DNA of 64,000 nt from Guillardia theta CCMP2712 (Eukaryota; Protista; Cryptophyta), in the NCBI RefSeq assembly GCF_000315625.1, contig NW_005434650.1:162158-226157 (forward strand), given 5' to 3'. The notes beneath the pieces are model-generated. The model made no database searches, was not told the DNA's origin, and was given only the letters and a program-made list of their open reading frames with translations. Made by a program: the position numbers and the translations under genes. This document shows, piece after piece, positions 26,056 through 39,138 of this stretch (within the stretch, counting starts at the first letter, position 1; each line of letters starts with the position of its first letter).

Positions 26056-29000
26056 CTAGCGTCTCGGCTTGCCCCTGACCTTCTTCCTGCTCTGATCCTT
26101 TGGGGTGCCGCGTACCTGCAGGTCAAAGTGAAGGTGCTGCTCATGCTGTCAGGAGCACCTCGATGCCCTCATGCGCGAGCGTCTCAAAGGCCTCGAGCTG
26201 CAGGGGGTTACGGTCAAGAGCGCAACAAGAAGCATCAAGCAGACCTGTGCGTCGCCGAGAGACTGAGCAAACCTGCATCCAACACGCGTCACGAGACTCA
26301 AGACTCGCGCCGACAAGTCGGACGAGCTAAGATTACCTCTTACCCATCCGCCTGCCTTTCAACAAGTTACTTAGCGTGGGGCCGCTCTGTTCCTGCAGTC
26401 GCCTGCTCAGAGGCGTAAAGGAAAGACTTTTGAGACCATTCTCCTTTGCACGTGCTCGGAGTGCCTTAAGCTCGCGTTCAACTGCGACGCATCGGTGAGG
26501 AGCAAGGAATGGTTTGATCCGAGACCCCCAAAAGATTCGAGATACCTGCTGAGCAAGTTCGTGGCGGACATCCTCGTAAGTCTTGACAAAGTCCCTTCGC
26601 ACCCAATCAATTCCATTTTGCACACCACTCTTCGCATACTCCGTTGCTTTGCTCTCCTGAGGTTTTGGAAAGAGACTTCGAACATACTCTGTGACATCGA
26701 CCCCTGATGTGATGGAATCAAGAATCTGAGTCAAGAATGTAACAAATCTCTTAAGGCCTCGATGTCATCTTCAGGACCTTCTTCGCTTCTTCGCTTGATT
26801 TTGCAGCTTTGCGGAACCACAAGACAGCAGAGCTTCGATTTTCAGTTACCCCGATTCCGCTCCAATATCTGATTCCGATCTGCAGTTGCGAGTGGACACA
26901 ACCGCTCTTGGCTGCCTGGAATAAACTACCAAGTTATGCAAGGAGGAAGCGGGAGAGGACCAGGGAGAAGGAAGAGGAGGGATGAAGATCTCCGGGACCT
27001 GCAAGAACCAGTATGCTGCTTTCTTGTTGTGTCGCCGTACGCCTAATCCGATAGAGTACAATAATGCCAGATTATACTGTGACTCGAGAAGACCTTGTCT
27101 GTGTAATTATCAATGCAGCAAACAAGCCAAAGCAAACAAACTTCGCTGCGATCTTGAACCACTTGCAGGCCAAAACAATGTCTCGTTTGCAGCCTTGACC
27201 CTGCAAAGGGAAACTGAGGAGGAACACATTGCAGACGAGTGTACCTCTTGATAACAGACAGCGAGATTGTGTTTCGCTTCCAATATTCCCTCAGGGAACT
27301 TCACATTACCATTGGCAGCCAACTTGTACCAAGCAAAGGCCTAACTAATCTGTAAGAGGCGATAGGAGTGCAGGGAGATTCAGTGCAGACAAACAGACAT
27401 AGCGGAAGGAGCAGATAGTGCAGTAAGACACGTTTGTGTAAGAATCACCATCTTATCATTTCTTGGCAGACCCACTCCAAGTTCATAATATCGAGCAATC
27501 GCCGTTTGACACTCGCAATCGCCGCTTGCCGCAGCCTTCATAAGAAAGCGACAACCATCTACAACGTCTTGGTGAGTCCGGTTTCCATTGATCAGCCTTT
27601 GTCCTAGTTCTCTGCATGCCACAGAGCTACCGAATTTCAGCCCAGAAATGAATAAGATGGCTGCTACCTTCCCGATTCAGCCAAGTTCTCCAACCTCTTC
27701 ATTCCCCTTTCCATTCTCTGTAAGTACTCTTCACGGCCCAGTTTTCCTGATTGATGTCAGTGAATCTTTCAGTCCATCGCCCCTCCCACTTCGTTGTATC
27801 ACCTTTCTTGTACATGGCGTCAGCAGTCCTTGTGGACCTGATCAGCTTTGATTCCATCTCGTGCTCTGGTTCACCTGAGTCTGATTTACTGTCCGAACTG
27901 TCTGAGCGATCACATCAAGTCAGCTCTGCAGCGAGAGATAGACGGTCTGGGAACCAAGAGGAGGAGGAGACGGAGAAGGGACTCTTGTCAAGACCGTCTT
28001 ATGCTTATCTACAAAGATCAAGCGGAATCCCCTGGGCAATGATGATGCCAACTTCACTTGATATTTCTTGGGCCCAACAATGTAAACCTGGGAAATCAAA
28101 TGAGGATCAGGATGAAACAAGATCTAGCCTAGTACATCCGGACACTCATGAAATCTTTCTAGAATGTTGGCGTCTGATTCGTTGCAGTCAATAATTTGAA
28201 CTTCAAGCGGCATGTCCCCAATCAATCTGTGGAGCAGGTTCGACGAGAAACATCTCCTGATGAATTCACTTCACCATCTGTCGGGTTAATCGCTTGCTCG
28301 CTCACCTTCCTGCTTCATATGAGAGAAGGTCCGAGTCCTCCTTTGATGGGCCCCAGTGCTCGTCTAAGACTACTTGATATGGCAGCCCCTCCTTCAGTTG
28401 GCTGGCACTGCACAGCTCCTCTACCATCTGGATATTTGAGATCGATGATACGACCTCGTTGTCTGTTTCATTAACAAGGAGGTAATCGCCATCCTTCTCG
28501 TACATATCGCTGTCCCTCAACAGGTCCTCATCATCAAAACTTTCGTCTTCTGCCTCGCTGTTCTCTTTCAGATCTAAAGCCTCCGCTAGTGGGTGGTTGG
28601 GCTTAACACTCGTGACCCTCTTTCTCAACATCTGCAGCTCTTTCTCGCTTTGCGAGATGCTCTCTTCAAGAGATGCTAAGTGTTCATATTTGTCCACCTT
28701 GTTGCTCCTCCTTGATGAAGACTTGTTCTTCAGGCCATGCAGAGCAAACTCTTCCTGTCCTCCAACCAACATGCCCCATCCTCCAACCTCTTGGGCAGCC
28801 TTGTCATTGTCTGAGATGTGGGATGGCATGGATTCTAAGTTGAAGAGAGCTGATTCGTTGTATGATGAAGAGGATTGGTGCCCCACATCTTGAGATACGT
28901 ACGCATGATGACGCGATTTGGTCTCTTGCTCGTCCTGCATTGTCTGTCGATCCTTCTTTTGTTGCCATCGTTTCTTCGCTTCCTCTAGTCCTGCTCTTGT

Positions 29001-29144
29001 CGCCTTCATTTTGTCCTGTTGGCCACCCCGGAGATACAGAAGGGGAGGAGGGCGCAAGCATGTCACCCTTGTGGTAGCCTCATCCCTTTGTATCGACAAG
29101 TTGACAGCGATGGTCACGAGGAGAAGAAGCGCAAGTCCTCGCAT
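26056..29144 (-). CDS. Signal peptide + LRGG motif protein with SEL1-like repeats (possibly two genes)
   Basis: N-terminus MRGLALLLLVTIAVNLS...LYLRGG. Downstream exons read AAASGDCECQTAIARYYELGVGLPRND, AKHNLAVCYQE and LYSIGLGVRRHNKKAAYWFLQ (SEL1 consensus). Confidence 0.65.
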
Positions 29145-29438
29145 AGTCCAAGCATGCAGATCAGGGCAAGGTATCTTACTTCGTACCTCCCACGTCGCTT
29201 CCTCCCTATTCGCCTCCATATCTTTCCTCCCCCTCCTCCTCTACCTTCTGCCTCGTACCACCGATGCGTCCCAGCATGGCGACAGGACAAAACAAGCTCC
29301 CCTCAGCGAAGAACCAGTGTAAGACAAGAGGCAGCGAATTTCTCCTATGATATTCAATAGCGTGCCTTGTGGGACAGCAGAAAGAGGAAGGGGGGGTGAA
29401 ACCCTGAAAGCGGGGGGGTACAGGGGGGTACAAGGAGT

Positions 29439-29966
29439 ATGGCAGACGTGAAGCGATGGCTGCGAGGGAGGACGACTGTGAGAGAGGACGAGCAATCAGG
29501 AAGGATAGGATGGTACTCGTACAGAGAATCCATCAACCTCTACTTAGGACAAGCGTCCCAAGACCTGTCTGGTAAGACTGAGAAACTCTTCATGATCGGA
29601 CTCAACTTGATCACTGTTCCAGAGTTACCGCTGCGATCTTTGTTGCTGCATCACTACACATGGATCTTCTCTTTCAATGCGATCTGCATCCTCCTGTTGC
29701 TGATCATGCTGCTGTACGTGAGGTTCCGAAGATACAAGTTTCGCAGCTGCTATTCAACTCTTGGCCCTCCAACATTCAAACATTACAATCCTGGGCCACC
29801 AATGAGCAGTATAAAGAGTTTTGGAGGGAAAAACTGTGAGACAGATGAATATTCGTTGATGCATGGCAAGGGGTTGAAAGGAGCGAGTGCAGCGGGAAAG
29901 GACAAGAAGACGCAAAAGCTGCTGTACAGTAAACCTGGGATAACTGGAAGCATGAAAAGAAAATAA
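29439..29966 (+). CDS. Small single-TM hypothetical protein
   Basis: 175-aa ATG ORF with the hydrophobic stretch WIFSFNAICILLLLIMLLYV. Confidence 0.45.
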   Translation: MADVKRWLRGRTTVREDEQSGRIGWYSYRESINLYLGQASQDLSGKTEKLFMIGLNLITVPELPLRSLLLHHYTWIFSFNAICILLLLIMLLYVRFRRYKFRSCYSTLGPPTFKHYNPGPPMSSIKSFGGKNCETDEYSLMHGKGLKGASAAGKDKKTQKLLYSKPGITGSMKRK

Positions 29967-29975
29967 GCGACGAGG

Positions 29976-30045
29976 GTGTGAAACCTTCAAGCTTTCGGAC
30001 GATCAGGCAGTGTGAAAACCTTCAAGCTTTCGGACGATCAGGCAG
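29976..30045 (+). repeat. Tandem duplication of ~35 bp
   Basis: GTGTGAAA(A)CCTTCAAGCTTTCGGACGATCAGGCA occurs twice in succession. Confidence 0.9.
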
Positions 30046-30479
30046 ACATCATCTCATTAAGAAGTGGCATAACTTTGCATCAGCATTGCGAACTGGACTC
30101 GACTTCGGCAGGAAGCGTGAGAACAACACTTGGCACTGATTGAACATGTGATTTCATGGTGCATCTTACCAACGGCAGTTCCTTAAACTCGATGGAGATG
30201 CTCTCTGGATAGGAAAAGGCTCACGTTTGCTCGCAGGTAGCATCATCTTTTGTCCTTTTTTTACTTCTTCTTCTTCCACTCCCTCTAGACCAGCGTTGTG
30301 TAGTCGCCCGAATTGCTTCAATCTTGGTCGAAAATGTAGTTCATGTGATTTCTAGCAAACTTGGAAGTTCCGCAAGGAATTGACGGATGACATGAAAGAG
30401 GAGACATAAAGATCCGATGCATCGATGAGCAGCTCACATGCATGTCGAGTAGCCTCACGAGACCATGGCCTTGAGTTGA

Positions 30480-30830
30480 CGCTTCCACTAGCACCGTCGG
30501 GCAACCTACTAGCATCATCTACGGTAGTCCCTGATTAGCGTTCACCGTTACTAGCCGCTCAGCCCAGCATCACCTACTAGCCCTCAGTGACTAGCATAGC
30601 CGCATCACTGACGCCTACCGTAGTAGCACTCACTTCCGTGACTGGGTCGCCAGGGCTCACGGCCGCCGACGGCCGCCCGGCATACCTGCCGGCCGGTCTA
30701 GTACTAGGCCCGGCCGGCAGCTGCCCGGCAGCCCCGGGCGCGGATCGCCACTGCCAGTCACGCAGGCTATAACTCCTTTCGAAACGGTCTGTAACCGTGT
30801 AACCGATAAAGGTCAAAAGTCAGCCACAGT
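30480..30830. repeat. GC-rich CCGG/ACTAG/CAGT low-complexity intergenic element
   Basis: Clustered CCGGCC, ACTAG and CAGT motifs; compositionally similar patches at 3820-3960 and 52600-52930. Confidence 0.4.
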
Positions 30831-30970
30831 GCGATGCGGGTGAGAGGAAGGAGGAAAGGGAGGCTGCGCAGGGAGGAAGAGGGCTCGTCCTGTTGTGATG
30901 GGCATGACGGAAAGTATCACCTCTCATGGTCTTGATCTAGAGCCTCTTCGGTACCGCCAATATCTTCTGC

Positions 30971-33900
30971 TTGACCTCGATCTCATCGGTTTGCGTTGCG
31001 TCCTCAAAAGAACTGCATACGATGAAAAAATTACAGCATGCACTAGAAGCAGCACGAGCCGAGCATGACAAGTTTGTCGTGCTATCACCAGTGGATTTAC
31101 AACGTCAGGCAGAAGGCAGAAGTCAAAAGGAGAAGGACAAGTTCTTTCAAGACCTTGAATTCGAATGTGTGCACCTTAACGATAGGTTGGAGATTTCTTG
31201 TCTGCCGTCGCAACGCAGGCATCTCTTTCTGCTCTCCTCTTGCTTGTCTCACTTGCTTTCAATCAGCAGCGATGAGGCTGGCCGCCAGTCGAGGGAGAAC
31301 TCGACGGAGATGGAGGATGACACTGTTGAGAGTGATGAGGAAGGACACGAGGTTGACATGGAGCATGACGCTGACAGCGGTTTCGATGGCTGCAGATACA
31401 CGCACGATGAACCTCTCTTCGGCAATGAGCAGCTCAACAATCACACGGACTGTCCGAACGCTCCTGAGTATGATGATGAGTATGCCATTGACAACCTGAA
31501 ACGATTTCTACAACCTCGCCCGTTACATGACTTCACCAACGACGACATGGGGACCAGAATGCCCAAGACTGGCACTTATCGCACGCTGATTCATGCTCCT
31601 GCCATCCCTCTGGGCCATCCTGAGCTCGAGCCGACCGTGATGAACGAACCCTGTGAGGACACAGGTGGTGGGGCCGGCAGACTGTGCAAGGCCTTTGAAC
31701 AGCCTGTGACTGTCTATGATGCTAATGCAAGAGAGCCAAACTGGAGCAAATGGCGCGAAAGATTCTTGATCGGGATTGACGAGACTGTCCTCAGCAGTGA
31801 CAGCCGTTACGCGCTCCCTTCAAACTTGTTTGCTCCCACTAACAGCGGATGGACTCTTGGGCCGAACAAAGGGGAGAAGCAATTGTACAAAGATGGAGAT
31901 CCGGGGAATGATCAGGGAAATTGTGGGCAAGATTTCGATAATCAAGAAGGGTTCTCTAGCAGCTTAAATTTTGAGTCCAGGTTTGAAAGTGGAAATCTGC
32001 TAAGTGCTATCCGAGTTGAGGAAAATACCTATGACCTTGTCTTGCGGCCTGATTTCTACACCTCAGGTCATACTCAATGGTATTATTTCGCGGTAGAACG
32101 ACCGGAAAGGGAGAAAGATCATGAAGCAAAGCTCTTTACCTTCCGAATCATCAACATGAACAAAGCAGAGTCGCTCTACAAACACGGCCTGCTACCCCTG
32201 GTCAACTCCTCGCTCCGTCAAAAGGGATGGGAACGACGGGGAACGAACGTTCGGTACTATGAAAACAACAAACGGCAAGGGAAGAAACGCGGCCACACGT
32301 TGAGCTTCTCACTCGAAATACAAGCTGGCGAAATCTGGTGAGTCGAGAGGGATGTAGGGATTACTTAACTGATGATTTGAACCGCAGTTACATCGCTCAC
32401 TGTTACCCCTACACGTACAGTGACCTGCTCAAAGACCTTGACAGTTGGGAAGCTGACGCTTCAAGGCAAAAATTCTTGAGGAGAAGAAATCTTTGCGAGA
32501 CGATTGCAGGAAACCCTTGCGAGATCCTCTCAATCTCAGACACCAGCAATCCTGCAACTAACATGAACCGTCCAATAGTCATCATGACCGCAAGAGTTCA
32601 TCCGGGAGAGAGCAACTCCAGCTGGATCATGCGAGGAATCATCGACTTCTTGACTGGATCCTCAGAGGAAGCGCAATGTCTCCGCGACAAGTTCGACTTT
32701 CGACTCGTCCCCATGTTGAATCCGGACGGCGTGATCAATGGAAACTATCGATGCAATCTAGCAGGAAACGATCTCAACAGACGGTACAAAAACCCGAGTC
32801 CTTATCGACATCCTACTGTGTTCTACTTCAAGCAGCTGATTCGCACGCTTATCAAGAACAACAGGTCTATCTTTCTCTACTGCGATTTGCATGGCCACTC
32901 GATAAAGAATAATGTGTTCGCCTACGGATGCGACCAAAAGTATCGAAGGTCAGCCGGAGAGAAAGAACGTTGCCTGGGGGTCCAGCACCCCAAGCTTGCA
33001 CAGCTTTTTCCCTTCCTTCTCCACAAGCTGTCGGAGTCTTTCAGCTTCGTCGATTCTCATTTTCAAGTTCAAAGATCCAAGGACTCGACATCTCGCGTCG
33101 TTGTTTGGAAAGAGTTTGGAGTCGATCTTAGTTACACAGTAGAAGCTTCCTTCGCCGGTGCCAACGCTCGAGCTCAAGGTAGCATGCAAGGATATCACTT
33201 TCGAACAGGTTCATCTTGTTGCCTTGCGAGCTTCACCTGACTTGCCTGCCCAGCTGACCTCGAGCTGTTTGGACATGACTTGTGCAAGGGCATCTTGCTT
33301 CTTAGCGACTGCGTGGGTGATGAAGAGGCGGTGAACAACTACCTGTACGAGGCCTCGCAGCTGCGAGAGACGGAAGTTGGCAGCGACGACTACACCAGCT
33401 CAGACGATGACGTCATCTCTCCGGCTCAACGTCCTGGTCTTGACAGGTATGCTCGGAGCGAGGCGATTGGCGACGGGGTGAAGTCAAAGAGCAAGAAGTC
33501 TCGGAGCGTTCCCTCGCGTCCTGCAGCTGAGAAAGGAGCTGAAGCCGAGCAGGGAGAAGCGAAGGTCAAACTCCTTGGCCCGAAGGAATACCGTAGCAAG
33601 CACTCGAGCCTTGCCGACTCGCAGCTACTGGCTCTCTCCCCCATCCCCCGCAAGCCTCGGGTGATCACAAAACCTTCTGTGTCGCAGATCCTGCAGAGGA
33701 AGAACCTGAGTCGAGACGCGGGGGCTGACGAGAGCAGCAGCGGACTCGAGAAGAAAAACAGCGCAGGACGAGAAGATGGAAACCTGAGACTGAGAGGACG
33801 CGATTCTCGTCGACGAGACTCTTGTCCTGAGCACAAGATGATGTGGACGACGGCTTCCTTTGACAGCAACCTAGAGGCTCAGGCTGTGCACGAGAATCTC

Positions 33901-34370
33901 CTCTCGCGGTCCGAATCTACCACTCCCTCCACTTCCTCTCCTTCCTTCCTCTTTCTCCAACCCCCCCGGCTTTTCAAATGATTCTCATTGTCTTCATGTA
34001 GGTTGGCTGTAGCCTCTCGCAGAAGATCTTCTGCATTTAGCGCAAGTCAGCCAGGCTCTCCCGTCAAGATTGTCGACCGGCAACGAGAGGAAGGAGAGCA
34101 TGGCTTCGGTGTCGTCGGGACGAGGCTGATGCAGTCTGCTTGTAATTCTCCGCTATGCAGAAGCTCATTTACTCCATCCAGCTCGCTCGCAGACTGACGG
34201 GCGCAGCTTACTAGATGACTTGGATGTGATTTGATATTGATACCCCAATGAAATGTTCTTCTTTCCCCAGTGACTCCGACTCGCTCGTCCGGTCCATCGA
34301 TGATCCCGGGCCTGCCGAGCCTCCAGCGGCCCGACTCCGGCGGCACTGAGCCGGCTGCACATTCACTGAA
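30971..34370 (+). CDS. Cytosolic carboxypeptidase (M14D, AGBL/CCP tubulin deglutamylase family)
   Basis: LNFESRFESGNL, HTQWYYF, AHCYPYTYSDL, ARVHPGESNSSW, PMLNPDGVINGNYRC, DLNR, YCDLHGHS, SYTVEASF. Confidence 0.93.
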
Positions 34371-34481
34371 AGTTGACTGAAATTAAATGGTTCAGTAACG
34401 AAAGAAATGGAGAAGCGATAGAAGCAAAGGCAAGGCAAGAGAGGGAACAGGAGGGAGGAAGTACCCAGACTGGCAGCAGGC

Positions 34482-36830
34482 ATGAAAGGAAGACGAAAGA
34501 ACCTATCATTATCAAAGGAGCAACATATTGTCTGTACACCTTCACCTGAATTCCTCAACGTGGGTGAAGGACATGAAAGGTGTGAGAACATCGACGCGAA
34601 TGTGACGGCAAACGATTCCATGCACAGAAAGAGAGCGCCTCATGTGCCTCATGACCTGCCACCATCCACCACTCTACAAGTGTCGAAAGAAGCAGAGGAC
34701 GGCGTCTGCATCATCTGCGGCAAGGACATGAGCACTTGGTGCCTGAGCGAGCAGGAGCGGCACGTCAATGATTGTGTCGATGAGCGTGCAGGTGAGGAGA
34801 CAAGCGAGTTCCAGTGCATGACTTGGTGTACAGGAACAAGTGCAGAGGTCAGATGCATGATCTGCAATGCAAACTTGTCACTTGTAGACGAAGATGAAAG
34901 GACAAAACATGTCAACGACTGTTGTGATGTGATGATACAGGTATGAATTGAGACTGGCTCATTTGAAATGACTTTGACCCTAAACCCTAAACCCTAAAAT
35001 GACGCCATTTGTCTCAGGACAGCAACATTACCGCGGGCTTGTCCGCATCTTGCAACGATCACGGGGCAGCAGAAGACTTCAAGGATGTGGGCAGGACAAG
35101 GAGTGATCCTGACGGGCAGTTACAGACACTCTCTGAGAACCCCAACCTGAGGGTGCACGAGGCACTGGAGGCCCTTGGCTTCAGTAAATTTCTCTTCAAG
35201 TTCGCTGATGATGATCAAGCTCTGGTATGTCCTTAATGACCTCACCTCCCTCCCTGCCCTACCCCTCACCCTTCCCTTCGCTCCCCGCGCCCTTGTTCTT
35301 GCATCCTTTCCCCCATCTCCTCCCTTCTAGTCTAGCAGGCCTCTTGCTCGTCATTTCTATGTTGTAGATCTTATGGGAGATGGCAGGTGTCCCTCGAAGA
35401 GGAGCAGATGAAGTCGCGAGGCTTGTCTGTAGGAGCACGAAAGAAGCTTCTGGGCCTGAAGCATCAGATTATGAGCAGGGCAAGGGAGGATGACCGTTGC
35501 GAGGGAGGAGACGAGCGTGCGAGGAAGAAGCGACTTGTATACATCGGTCAGGTTGAACGCAGAGAAGCCGCAAGGGGCAGAGGCGTCCAGCTGACCCTCC
35601 GGGAGGAAGCGAAGCAGCGGGAGCAGGAAGGATGTTCGCAACTTGAGTTAGCGTTGGCGCTATCTGCTTCCTTGCAAGCATTCCATTCAGACATTGAGAG
35701 TGATCTTCGAGCCAAGCGAGAGCTCGCAACTAGTCTGCAAGAAGCATGTCGTGGCGGCGAAGTTGAGGTGTCAAGACTTGAGCTGCGTTGATAGTCACCT
35801 CTCACTCATACTCTAGGTACCATCGGTTCTTCTCCTCTTCTCGTCCCCTTGCCATCTCCCTGCTCAGTGTTTGCTGTCCGAGCTGCCCCCTGCGAGCCGC
35901 TGGGAGGGAAGCAAGACGCACACAAGCGCCAGCAGGAACAGCCTGTGGCGAAGAGCCGCTGCTGATCTCGGCGACATTCGAGACTCCGACAAGTTTCTGA
36001 CCGATGCCTTGATCTCGATTCGTGACTCCAGACAACAAGGATGCACAGACAAGCATGAAGAGAACGACGAGGCGGCAGAGAACGAAGAAGGAAAAGGGGA
36101 AGAGGAAGTGGGCCAGACACAGCATGAGATTCGAGACGGGGAGACAGCAGGGAGCGAAAGGGAAAAGGGGGGAAGAGGGGAGGGGTCAAACTCGGATAGT
36201 CATTCAGAAGGAGGTGACAGAGACAAGGATTCTGACGATCAGGAGCAAGTGTTTCAACATTTGCTTCAGCTTATCGTCGATGATGATGTGACTCCTTCGC
36301 AAGGATCTATAGGGAAACAGCAACAGGAGGTGGAGAAAGCGGAAGGTGGAAGGGGGCAGCATGAAGTGCTCGACGAGGAGGAGGACGAGGAGGACGATGA
36401 GCAAGACAGCGGCTGCGGTGGGATAGAAGAGGCAGTAGCTCTGATCCGGACGAAGCTGCTCACTCTTTCACAACAAGCACGAAGTTCCATTCAGGAGGAA
36501 GTAATCCAAGCAGTGAGCGAGCAGATCGACTCGTATGACCGAGCAAGGAACCAGATCACAGCGCGAACTGAGGAGGCGATAGAAAGGCTTAAGCGGAAGA
36601 TGGCGAAGGAAATCCGACGAGAGGACAGGAGGCACGCGGCTCGATTGAAGGAGTCAGTTTGCTCTTGTTTACAGCTGTTTGATTGACATACACGAGACTT
36701 CATCGCTGAGACCTCGCGTGCTTCGCTGAGTTGACGATCTGCCGCAGCGAATCTTTTATGGCGGCGCCGTGACGCCTCAACCCCATCATCTGCCGCTGCA
36801 CACACGGGCACTGCATCCTCAACTAGAACA
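34482..36830 (+). CDS. SLX4-like DNA repair scaffold (2x UBZ4 zinc finger, SAM-like domain, MLR-like motif)
   Basis: CIICGKDM...ERHVNDC and CMICNANL...TKHVNDC; VHEALEALGFSKFLFKF...MKSRGLSVGARKKLL; QLELALALSAS...SLWRRAA...KFLTDAL. Confidence 0.6.
34978..34998. repeat. Interstitial plant-type telomeric repeat (CCCTAAA)3 in an intron
   Basis: ccctaaaccctaaaccctaaa. Confidence 0.8.
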
Positions 36831-36857
36831 AGGTCAGGCAATGTCGCTTGAGTCGCT

Positions 36858-39067
36858 TCAAGCTGGACCGACCTGAGTCGTAGAGGACTGCTTGGCACAG
36901 CTGCAGTCTTCCTTCATGGCCTCGGCGATGGCCGCAGCGATAAGCGGCTCGAACTCACCAGGAGTGTAAGCAAGAGGAGCTCTTGCCTCCTGGTGCACCC
37001 CAGGAGCAGGAGCGCCTGGGGGCGCCGGCACCTGCAAGAAATGAGGGGCAGCTTCGGCCAAGTCAGCCGCCTCACCGGAAGAGGAGGAGAGGGTGGCATG
37101 ATCGGATAGACCGGAGGGCTGGGAGGTCCCGGCATTCCTGCCTGACCCGGCACTCCAGGCTGTGATGCGGTCAAGACGAGATGCGGAAGAAGAGAAGAGA
37201 AGCGTACCTCTCCATCCTCCCCCTTGGGACCCTTGTCACCCATCGGGCCCATGAAGCCAGGGAGTCCATCCATGCCTGGCCTTCCCTGCTGTCCTGGGGG
37301 TCCTGGAGGTCCCCTGCGCCCCATCGCTCCGTTCATTCCTGCTGGTCCTGGTGCACCTGGTCGTCCCTGCTGGCCCGGGGGACCTTCGGGACCGGGCGCT
37401 CCTTCCTCTCCCATCTGACCATCCCGTCCATCTTTGCCTTCCAGGCCTGGAGGAGGGTGAGAACTGAATCGCCAGACAAGCAGGTTGATGACCTGCAGGT
37501 CCTGGAGGCCCTCGTGGTCCGTTCATTCCTTCCTTGCCAGGGGTGCCAGGAGGTCCAGGCAGACCGGGGGGGCCCGTGGGGCCAGGATCACCTTGCTCAC
37601 CCACGTTGCCCTCAACGCCCGGAGGTCCATCGAGACCATCTTGCTGTTACACAAGACAAGTCAAACGAGTGCTGCTACGAGGACAGCTCTACCCCTGCTT
37701 CACCCGGACGCCCTTGAGGACCGGGGGGGCCAGGCATACCCGGAGGCCCATTCTTGCCCGGAACGCCATCGTAGCCGTCTCTTCCCTCCTGTCCCGGCGG
37801 ACCCGGCGGACCCACTTCTCCGGGCAAACCTCTCGCTCCTTGTTCCCCCTGGGCAAGTTCGTTCAGTGACGAAACGGGCAGGGCAAATGCTTACGGGAGG
37901 CCCCGTTCTTCCCTTAGGCCCAGGATGCTCAAGGACGTGATTGATGTGCTCTTGCAACAAATTTTCATCAGCGATCAACTTGGCCACGGCATCGGACATT
38001 CCAGCTACACTGTTGGAGGATTACCCAATCGTTTGCAACAAGGAGAGCACCACCCACCGGTTGCGTATCCGCACATAGTTAGACAAGTCCAACCGTTCGC
38101 CGCCACCTGCTTCTAGTCGTCGAATCTTGTTCGCCAAGGCATCAGACCTCTGAATAAGAGACTGCTCTCTTCGTCATTGACGCAACAAGGATGAGCAGCT
38201 GCCAACCTGAAGCCGCTCCCTGTAGCTCTGTTTGGTTGCTAAGACCTGCGCCATTTCAGACTTGCTCCTTCTTATAGCTCTTTCAACCTTCTCTTCCCAC
38301 AATTTTCGTTCATCTGCCAGTCTTTCATCAACTCGTTTCCTTTCTGCGTTGAGTCGAACCTGCAAATAGCTCTCAGAATCGTGAGCATCTCCAACAATCT
38401 CAAAAGAGACCTGAAGATCCTGTTCCGTGTAAACAGCATTAGGACATGCAACACCACTACCCTTGGCGCAAGGGTTGATGATGGTTTCGTCTTTCGTCTC
38501 GGGCTTTGGGAAGACAATCTTGGCGTTCACTTGAACAGGATTCACTGAGTTCCCTGGCCCCACTATGTTGGGAAGGGTGAACTGTGTTGAGCCCTCCCAA
38601 GATCTATCCTGCGGACCTTGGCTCTGCTTCCACACAACGGGCATGGAGGCCTGTGGTTGTATGAAGGAATTGATAAAACTGCCTGCGACTTTCTGCGCGA
38701 TCTGAACTCCTTCGCGGGTGTCAGGGTTCCCTGCGAATGGCGAAGAGACGGGGACAGCCAGAGGCTGATAGTTTCCCTCCATGCCTGTTGAGATCCTCAC
38801 TTTCTCGCTGCCATCATTCCCCTCCTTTTCCCCGCAGTTCTTGCAGTCAGCTGGTCCCGTCGCCTTGCCATCCACCCCGACTTGAGCAGCTGCTGCCTCG
38901 GCTGCTTCTGCCGGCGAGTTTGCAGTCGCAAAGCCGTCAATGGTGATGGGGGCGAGGAGAGAGGAGGGCGAGACGGAGGGAGGTGAGACCTGAGACATCA
39001 CCAGCAGAAGCAGCATGACGCTTGCTGCCGCTACCCACCGCCCTCCCACCATTGAGCGAAGGGGCAT
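36858..39067 (-). CDS. Second collagen-like protein (signal/TM anchor, coiled coil, Gly-X-Y exons)
   Basis: N-terminal [15 protein letters not shown], a coiled coil at ~38000-38360, and GXY exons [41 protein letters not shown]. Confidence 0.82.
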
Positions 39068-39138
39068 AAACCGTTACGACAGGTATTTCCGTTACTTGCT
39101 AAAGATTTGCGGAGGGCTGCCTCAGAGCATTGGGAGTC

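Noticed and set aside
34978-34998. Chromosome end or fusion site
   Set aside because: Only three units, inside a short intron of an apparently intact gene.
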